DNA from: an uncultured delta proteobacterium
GTDB lineage: Bacteria > Myxococcota > B64-G9
Reading direction: 5' to 3'
Assembly: GCA_963754925.1 (NCBI GenBank)
Contig: CAVWHX010000005.1
Span: forward strand, 64,001-128,000
Length of the DNA stretch: 64,000 bases
Of the stretch, positions 56,076 to 64,000 are shown in pieces. The notes below the pieces were generated by a model that saw nothing but the letters and a program-made list of their open reading frames with translations, ran no database searches and was not told the origin of the DNA. The position numbers were made by a program, and so were the translations under genes. How positions within the stretch are numbered: the first letter of the stretch is position 1; each line of letters starts with the position of its first letter.

Positions 56076-57980
56076 GTGACTTCTTGCCTCGTTATTGATG
56101 ACGATGCGCTCGTGCGCCGAATGACCATGGATATACTATCGAAACATGGCTGTTCTGTCCGCGAGGCCGCCACCGGTCGGCAGGGGTTGGATCTCTTTCG
56201 CGCCGAACCGGTCGATGTCGTGTTATTGGACCTGATTCTTCCCGATGTTTCGGGTTACGAGCTCCTTCCCGAACTAGTTAACGATCCGGCCGCCTGCCGG
56301 GTTATCGTCGTGACCGCATTCAGTTCGTTGGAATCGGTGTTGCAGGTGTTACGGTTAGGAGCGTCCGACTATCTGCCGAAGCCTTTTACCCAAGAGGCGT
56401 TAGTAATGAGCGTCGAGCGTGTCCTGTCTATGCTGACGCTTGAACGCGAAAAGCAAGACCTGTCGCGGCGACTGGAGCAGCGCCTTTCCGATCTTTCGGT
56501 GCTCAACCGCGTCTCGGGGTTAATCACCTCGAGCAAGCCGCTCGACGTATGCATGAACGAAGTTATCCAGGCCACCTGCGCCTATCTCGGGGCCGAATAC
56601 GGCTCGCTTCTGCTGCTTGATTCGGCTAAGGACGAGTTGATGTTTTTCGTTACCACGGGACCGCAGGACGCATTGGTGCGCGCGGTCTGCCTGCCGCGGG
56701 GACGGGGGATTGCCTGGTGCTGCTTTCAAAACCGAAAACCGATCAAAGTCGACGACGCGTATAGCGACCCCCGTTTCGACCAGAGCGTCGACGCTCGCAC
56801 CGGGTTGGTCACCCGTTCGATACTGGCGGTGCCGATCGAGGTGCGCTCGGAATGCATCGGGGTGATCGAGCTCATCAAAACAGCCGACGCAGCGCGCTTT
56901 TCGGATGATGACCTCAAACGTTTGGAGGAGCTCTCCGGTCATCTCGCGGTGGCGGTGCAGAACGCTATAACGGTTCGCGATCTCAACCGTTCGCGTGAGG
57001 AGCTTCTCACCTGGTCTCAAAAGCTCGAACGGATGGTCGAAGAACGCACCCGCGAGCTGTATGAGGCCAATCAAGCTCGTCAGGCGGCCTACCTTGATTT
57101 GGAGCATACCCACAACCTGATGAAGCGCGCCCAAGGGGCCCTGGTCGAGCGCGAAACTATGGCGGCGTTAGGACTGCTGGTGGCCGGCATGGCCCATGAG
57201 ATCAATAACCCCCTCGGATTCGTCAATTCCAATCTGTCGGTGCTTGAACAGTATCTCGGGTCACTCCGGCGCCTCGTGAACGTTCTGATGCCGGCACAAC
57301 GCGGCGGTCGCGCGAACCAGCAGAGGCACAGCCAACAGGTGTTGGCAGAAGCCCAACGGGTGGCCGAAGAGGAACACCTGAATGAAATTCTCGACGATCT
57401 CGGGCCGCTGCTTTCGGAAATGAATGTCGGCCTGGCACGCATTACTCGATTCGTGCAACAGTTGCGCAACTTCACCGAGGAGGGCACCGGTAACGGACAG
57501 GTTGGGCATGTGGACCTCAACAGCGAGGTAACCCGACTGCTGGAGATCGTTCAAGGCGCCGGGAGCAGCGTGCCGGAAGTGCACTATGAATTGGGCGAAT
57601 TGCCCCGCTTGTGGCTCTCAGTTAAAACGCTGCGTCAAGTGTTACTCAATCTATTTGGACGAACGGTTTCCAAAATCGGGATTCAGCACCGGTTGCAGGT
57701 TTCAACACGCAAGGAGGGCGAGCAGGTGGTTCTACGACTGGTCGATACCTCACGCCAGGTTACCGCCCTGGAGCTCGATCGGTTATTCGAGCCACTCTAT
57801 GCGGTGAATGATGATCGGCCGAGTGATGGCGTCGGACTATTTGCGGTCGCGGAGCTGGCAACGGGCATGGGTGGTTCGCTTCAAGCGTCTCAATGGCCGG
57901 CGGGCGGCATGTGCGTTGAACTCACCCTTCCGGTGGGCAATCAAACGGTCGAATTGCAGAAAGGTGTGGTGAGCATATGA
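56076..57980 (+). CDS. REC-GAF-HisKA hybrid kinase with degenerate ATPase domain
   Basis: IDDD, LLDL, KPF; GAF; AHEINNP; G1 box replaced by DTSRQ. Confidence 0.85.
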   Translation: MTSCLVIDDDALVRRMTMDILSKHGCSVREAATGRQGLDLFRAEPVDVVLLDLILPDVSGYELLPELVNDPAACRVIVVTAFSSLESVLQVLRLGASDYLPKPFTQEALVMSVERVLSMLTLEREKQDLSRRLEQRLSDLSVLNRVSGLITSSKPLDVCMNEVIQATCAYLGAEYGSLLLLDSAKDELMFFVTTGPQDALVRAVCLPRGRGIAWCCFQNRKPIKVDDAYSDPRFDQSVDARTGLVTRSILAVPIEVRSECIGVIELIKTADAARFSDDDLKRLEELSGHLAVAVQNAITVRDLNRSREELLTWSQKLERMVEERTRELYEANQARQAAYLDLEHTHNLMKRAQGALVERETMAALGLLVAGMAHEINNPLGFVNSNLSVLEQYLGSLRRLVNVLMPAQRGGRANQQRHSQQVLAEAQRVAEEEHLNEILDDLGPLLSEMNVGLARITRFVQQLRNFTEEGTGNGQVGHVDLNSEVTRLLEIVQGAGSSVPEVHYELGELPRLWLSVKTLRQVLLNLFGRTVSKIGIQHRLQVSTRKEGEQVVLRLVDTSRQVTALELDRLFEPLYAVNDDRPSDGVGLFAVAELATGMGGSLQASQWPAGGMCVELTLPVGNQTVELQKGVVSI

Positions 57981-59199
57981 GCGCCGCCATGGTTCGGGCG
58001 GAGCAGCAGGCGCCGCAGTCGATCTTAGTGGTCGACGACGAACCGCAGATCCTGGTCAGCTTGCAGCGTGTCTTGCGCCGGGCGGCTTTGCGTGTTGTCA
58101 GCGCCGAGAGCGGCGAGCAAGCGTTGAGCGTTCTAGAGCGCGAGCAGATTCAGGTGGTGATCTCCGACTACGGCATGCGCGGCATGGACGGCGTGACGTT
58201 CTTGATGAAGGTTAAAGAACGGTGGCCGGACGTTCAACGGGTGATGTTGACCGGCCAGGCAAATTTCGAGGCGGTCGAGCGCGCGATCAACGAGGCCGAA
58301 GTGTTTCGCTTCTTGAATAAACCCTGGCACGAAGCCCAACTGCGGGCGACCGTCGCCCAGTGCTTTGATCAGCTGCGTTTGCTTGAAAGTAACCGACAGT
58401 ACGAGAAAGAGCTTGGCGAACGCAACCGCGACCTGCTGGCTATCAACCAGGATCTTGAGCGTCAGGTACGGGATCGCACTCGGGCGCTCATCCAAGCCGA
58501 GAAAATGGCGGCGCTGGGGCGTATGGCTGGCGGGGTGGCTCACGAGATCAATAACCCGCTCGGCGGTATTTTAGCCTTTGCGCAAGTGCTGCTGCGCAAA
58601 ACAGAGATGCAGGAGAGTGACCGCCGTGAGGCGCTCGAGACCATTCAAGGCTGCGCTCTACGCTGCAAGAACATCGTCGACAATCTCTTGTCGTTCTCGC
58701 GCAAGCCAGTTCTTGAAGAGCATGACGCGGTTGCTCTCAACCGGATCGTGCAGACCGGGCTGCAGCTTGCGCAACTTCACCCGAAAGCCAAGCAGGTGAC
58801 CGTGCGGCTCGAGCTTACGCCCGACCTGCCCCTGCTGCGCGGGCCGCGTAGCGTTGCTTGAGCAGGTGGTCGTCAACTTGCTGCAAAATGCATTCTACGC
58901 CTCGCCGCCTGGTGAAGAGGTGTTGGTGCGCACGCGGGTCGAAGGGGGAGAGGTGCATCTCGACGTACTGGACCATGGCCCGGGAATTTCTCCCGAGGTG
59001 TTGCCCCGTATCTTCGAGCCCTTCTTCACCACGAAACCTACCCGGAGAAGGCACCGGTCTGGGCCTGTCGATTTGTTATGGGATTGCCCGGGAGCATGGT
59101 GGTCGGCTTCTGGCGCAAAACCAGCCCGGTAACGGTGCAATCTTCACCTTGTGTCTACCGATCATACCGGGTGCGGATAGCAAGGAGCAATTACCATGA
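57977..59199 (+). CDS. REC-HisKA-HATPase kinase (frameshifts near 58855 and 59040)
   Basis: VDDE, AHEINNP, NLLQNA, DHGPG, FEPFFTTK, GTGLGL spread over three ORFs. Confidence 0.85.
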
Positions 59200-60661
59200 C
59201 CAACGAATTCTCGCCAAACGAGGGGAAACGATTGAAGGTCCTCATCGTTGACGATGAACCGTATATGCTGCAAGCCTGGAAGAAAATCCTCGATGGCTAC
59301 GAGTGCGAGGTGGCGACGCTCTCGGACGGCGCCGAGGCGGTGGCAGCGATCGAACTGCAGCAACCAGATGTGGCAGTTTTGGATATCCGCATGCCGAACA
59401 TCTCGGGTATCGACGTGCTCAAGGAAATCAAATCGCGCGATCTGCCCACCGAGGTGGTCATGATGACCGCCTATGCCACCGTCGAGACTGCGGTCGAGGC
59501 GGTGCGAGCAGGCGCCTACGACTATCTCACGAAGCCGTTTAGCAATATCGAAGCTGCGGCGCTTACCGTGCTCAAAGCCGGTCGTCACAAGCGGCTGGTC
59601 CAACGAAACCGCGAGCTGGAGAATCTGCTCGACGTGCGTGACAGCTTCGAGGGTCTGGTTGGTTCCAGCCCGCAGATGAAGCGGGTGTTCGAATTGATCA
59701 ATGGAGTGGCCTACTCGACGTCGACCGTGCTGTTAGAGGGTGAAAGCGGTACCGGCAAAGAGCTTGTGGCTCGGGGCATCCACCACCGCAGTCCGCGGCG
59801 TTCGCGACCGTTCGTGGCGGTGAGCTGCTCGGCACTGACCGATACGTTGCTGGAGAGCGAGCTCTTCGGCCACGAGAAAGGTTCGTTTACCGGCGCCACC
59901 AACACCAAACGGGGATTATTTGAGGTGGCCGACGGTGGATCGATCTTCCTGGACGAGATCGGCGAGGTGCCGATGCCAACCCAAGTCAAGCTCTTGCGGG
60001 TCCTGCAGGAAGGCGAGATTAAAAGGGTCGGCAGCTCCGAGATTCGCCACGTGGACGTGCGCGTGATTGCAGCCACCAACATCGACCTGGCGCGCGCACG
60101 TCAGAACGGCACCTTCCGGGAAGATTTATACTATCGGTTGAATGTTATCAGTATTGAGTTGCCTCCCTTGCGCGATCGGGTCGGGGACATTCCGTTGTTG
60201 GCACTGCACTTTTTGCGGAAGTACAACGCGCGCACCGGAAAGCTCTTGGAGAGCATTCGCCCGGAGGTGATGGAGATCCTCGAACGTTACAATTTTCCCG
60301 GCAATGTGCGCGAACTTGAGAACATTATCGAACGAGCGGTCGTGCTCGCGCGCGGCAAGGAAATCGAGTTGCATGACCTTCCCGAGGTGATGCGCGAGAC
60401 GTTGCCCGCCCGGCGGAAGCCGGCACCTCGTTGGTTGAATTGCCGTATAAAAAAGCCAAGGAGGTGGCGGTAACGGAATTCGACCGACGCTATCTTTCGG
60501 AATTATTGGTTCAGACCAGCGGGAACATCTCACAGGCTTCGCGGCGGGCCGGTATGGATCGCAGCAATTTCAGGCGGGTAATCAAGAAATATGGGTTGGA
60601 TCCGATCGAGTTTTCTAGCAACGGAAGCCAGCGGTCAAGGGGGATTCATGGCGGTGCATGA
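59196..60661 (+). CDS. NtrC-family sigma54 activator (frameshift near 60420)
   Basis: REC, GESGTGKE, ESELFGHEKGSFTGA, FLDEIGE, PGNVREL; Fis-type HTH in the next frame. Confidence 0.92.
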
Positions 60662-62457
60662 TCAACATCTCGCGAAGCCTCCCCTGGCACGCGATATGTT
60701 TATGCAGGAGCAACCTACGCTCTCGCACGGTGAGGTTCCCCTCTCCAGCCAACGGGTAGAGGAACCAAAGCAGCCAAGTCCCGAAGCAGCCACGGTATTG
60801 GTGGTCGACGACGACATTGAGTTCCTCAAGACCATTGAGAGTGGCTCAGCCGGCAGGGGTATCACGCTGTTACGGCTCACTCCATGGATGAGGGGCAGGC
60901 GGTGTTGGACCGGACACCGGTGCAGGTATTGCTCATTAATCCGGTTCTCGGCGATGGCAGAGTGTTCGCCTGGCAGGATGCCGTGCGTTCCCGACTGCCG
61001 CGCTGCCGATCGTCGCTGTTACCGGGTTGGCGAGCGGAGTCTGGTTTCGCCGGTATAGCGCCATGGCGCGACTTCATGTTGATCAAGCCGATGGAGTTGG
61101 ACACGCTCGAGGTTACCTTACGACGCTGTCTTCATTTGGATGGTTTCTTCCATGGGGACACCCGCAACCCTGAACTGTCGGCAATTCTCAAGATTCAGCA
61201 TGCGTTGGCATCGGGTATGCCGATGCCCGAGCTTCTAGACTTGCTCTTGCAGCAGATGATCCGCTACACCCACGCCGACAGCGCCAGCGTCATGTTGATT
61301 GAGCCTGACCGCAAGACCATGATTATCGCGGCCAGTTATGGCCTCACCGATGACGTATGCGGCCAGAAGGTCGCCGTGGGCGAGCGTATCGCCGGGTGGG
61401 TGGCCGAGAACAATCGGCCGCAAGTGATTATCGGCAGCGCGGGAAACGATCCACGCATGGCCGGTACGGTGCGCACGCACGAGCCCATGGTGGGAATGTG
61501 TTTGCCCATGCGCGGTCGGCACGAGGTGATGGGGGTATTATCGGTGAGCCGACTTGAGGACGGGGGCGTATTCACCCATGATGCGGTCGACCTCGGGATA
61601 TTACTGGGGCTGAGGTCGCCCGCGCCATCGAGCGGAGCGCTGCCACGGAGACCCAGCAGGACCTCGAGCGCAACGTGATGCGACGCAATAAATTAGTGAC
61701 GATCGGCGAATTGGCCTCGGGTGTGGCGCACGAGATGAACAACCCGCTCGGGTACGTCAATAGCAACGTCTCCTCCATTAAGGATTACCTGGATGAGCTC
61801 CTCCCGGTGCTTCGCAATCTCGTGAATGACGGTACTGGCGTCAAACCGCAGTCTCCTCTGTTGGCGGTGGCGGGCATTGATCTGGAGTTTATCATCAATG
61901 ATTTGCCGGTGTGTATCCAAGAGACTATCGATGGTATCAACCGGGTCTTGAAAATCGTGGCCGACCTTAAAGCATTCGCTCGCGACGATTTGGAGTCTAA
62001 AGAGAAAGGGGATATCAACCAGATCTTGGACAGCGCCGTTAATATTGTTTGGAACCAGATCAAGTACAAAGCCACCTTGGTTCGAGAGTACGGCGAACTG
62101 CCATCCATCATGTGTTATCCGTCCCAGCTGGGGCAAGTGTTCTTGAATATACTGTACAATTCCGCCCAAGCCATCGAGCGCAACGGCCACATTGTGCTGC
62201 GTACCCGTTTGGAAGGAACTGCCATCCAGGTTGAAGTCGTGGACAACGGGCACGGCATGAGCCCCGAGGTGCAGAACCGCATCTTCGAGCCTTTTTTCAC
62301 GACCAAGCCTCATGGCGTGGGGACCGGGCTCGGCCTCAAGATTGCCCGGAAGATAGTCGAGCGGCACGAAGGTGAAATTTCAGTGTCGAGTGTCAAGGGC
62401 AAGGGCACCACCGTTCGTGTCTCCTTGCCGATCGAAGCAACTTCTGAAAAACAGTGA
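60648..62457 (+). CDS. Pseudo-REC-GAF-histidine kinase (frameshifts near 60880 and 61610)
   Basis: VVDDD but VLLIN at the phospho-Asp position; GAF; AHEMNNP, DNGHG, GTGLGL. Confidence 0.75.
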
Positions 62458-62469
62458 CGAGAGGCTTCA

Positions 62470-63523
62470 ATGCAGATTTCTGAGGAAAAAAACGCCGAGG
62501 AGCAACCGAGCGCACCCACCCGCTATAAGGTGCTGATAGTCGATGACGATCCGGGAGTGGTTAACGCGGTCCGGCGTCTGTTGGGAAGAACGGGCTATGA
62601 ATTACTCATCGCTACGAGTGCCATGGAAGCGATTGCCATCCTCCAGCGGCAGCACGTGGCGGTGGTGGTAAGCGATCACATGATGCCCGGGATGTCCGGG
62701 ATCGAGCTTCTAACCCTCGTGCGTCAAAACTGGCCGGCGACCGTGGGAATCATGATGACAGCATGCGGCAATATTCAGGTGGCCGCCGATGTCGTCAACC
62801 GCCGATTGGTGAACTATTTCATCAGTAAGCCTTGGGACGGGAAGCTCTTTGTTGCGCTCGTGAAAGAGGCGGTTGACGTGCACCACGCCCTAGAGAATAA
62901 CCCGGGCGGCGCGTTTCAGGTGGATGCGACCTTACTGCGAAGCATCCGCGAGCAGGCCTCTAAGGCGGCCTTTTCCTTGGCGCGCGCCGTCGACGCCCGT
63001 GACCAATACACCCATCGCCACTCCGAGCATGTCTCCACCCTGGGGGTGGAGCTGGGCAAAGCCTTAGGTCTGGACGACGTGGCAATCGAGGAGTTGCGCA
63101 TTGGCGGGTTGTTGCACGATGTGGGCAAGATCGGTGTCTCCGACAACATTTTGCTCAAGCCCGACCGCCTGAGTGAAGAAGAGTATGCAGCGATTAAAGC
63201 TTCACCCGATCATCGGGGTCTCGATCATCGAACCGATCCGCTTTCCGTGGAACATCGAGGCAATTATTCGACAGCACCACGAAAACTACGATGGCAGCGG
63301 CTACCCCGATGGTATTAGCGGGGAGGATATCTTTTTTGCGGCGCGCATCGTTCACGTGGTCGATGCCTACGAGGCCATGAGTGCGGATCGAGTCTACCGC
63401 AAAGCACGTACGAACGAATGGATCGAGAACGAATTTAATCGCTGCCGCGGGACGCAGTTCGATCCGAAGGTGATAGATGCATTCTTAGACGCGCTGCGCC
63501 TGGGACGAATGCAGATTCCGTAA
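62470..63523 (+). CDS. REC + HD-GYP phosphodiesterase (frameshift near 63195)
   Basis: VDDD, HSEHV, LLHDVGK, HHENYDGSGYP, GTQFDP. Confidence 0.9.
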
Positions 63524-63532
63524 CTGCCCTCA

Positions 63533-64000
63533 CTACATCAAACGGCGATATACACCGGCGACGACCCCCAACAGGCACGACGGAAGGAACTGATCCCGAC
63601 GAATAACGATAGGGCTAACGGCGGGGTTGGCCGGTTCGAGCACGATCGAGTCTTTTTTGGGGCGGTGATTTAACCGTGACTTCATCGCCGATTTGAGCTA
63701 CCACCACCTGGCCTGGATTGGCCGTTTGCTGAGCCTTAACAAAAACGACGTCACCGTCAAAAATCCCTTTGCCAATCATCGAGTCGCCTTTTACTTTCAA
63801 AGCAAACAGCGGTTGGGATGAATGGCCGACGAACGAACGCTCGAGATGCACGGTGCCCTCCAGATTCTGTTCGGCAAGAATCGGGGTGCCGGCGGCGACC
63901 CGACCGAGAAGCGGTATGGCCACGACATCCAGCTCGGATACCTGGTTGGCCGATGCCGCAGGAAATGCGTGCAGTACCCGCGGGACGACCGATCGTGACT
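63533..64000 (-). CDS. lexA: LexA repressor, C-terminal part (partial; frameshifts near 63660 and 63570)
   Basis: IPLLGRVAAG cleavage site, GDSM, EVTVK, then LEPAN in another frame. Confidence 0.88.

Noticed and set aside
57977..63660. Programmed frameshifting or true pseudogenes in the signalling cluster
   Set aside because: The breaks are scattered, lack consistent slippery motifs and also hit housekeeping genes; sequencing error is more parsimonious.
1..64000. CRISPR array, rRNA or tRNA genes
   Set aside because: No repeat-spacer array or recognisable structural RNA was seen. The only tandem repeat (43220-43345) is coding and has no spacers.

Overview
Bacterial DNA, probably from an anaerobic Myxococcota/deltaproteobacterial lineage (MYXO-CTERM-like GH8, giant TPR protein, 2-oxoacid:ferredoxin oxidoreductase, several 4Fe-4S proteins). 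Scattered single-base frameshifts look like long-read errors. There are three zones. (1) 1-26 kb is an accessory mosaic: penicillin acylase, Tag glycosylase, yefM-yoeB flanked by hicB and higA remnants, a TetR/4Fe-4S pair, lipoproteins, a porCDAB operon split by an IS3-family element, hydrolases, protealysin-emfourin, GH8, SPFH, an O-methyltransferase and an MDR oxidoreductase. About 12.3 kb of it is bracketed by a 250-bp direct repeat of a gene 3' end. (2) 26.3-42.4 kb is the most striking feature: a frameshift-free minus-strand operon encoding a PilZ/class I HMG-CoA reductase/APH-kinase fusion, a GNAT-like protein, a UbiA-like prenyltransferase, a rifampin-phosphotransferase-type dikinase, a CDP-alcohol phosphotransferase/CarS-like fusion, an OleC-like acyl-AMP ligase and an MMPL/LolA-like/outer-membrane export module. 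I infer an uncharacterised, possibly c-di-GMP-controlled pathway making and exporting an isoprenoid or otherwise unusual phospholipid. (3) 43-64 kb holds an IS481-like element with a long target duplication, a CAAX protease and NAD epimerase, a TPR protein, yggU/divIVA/maf, and a sigma54/two-component/c-di-GMP signalling cluster ending at lexA. All calls come from reading motifs by eye; no database searches were run.
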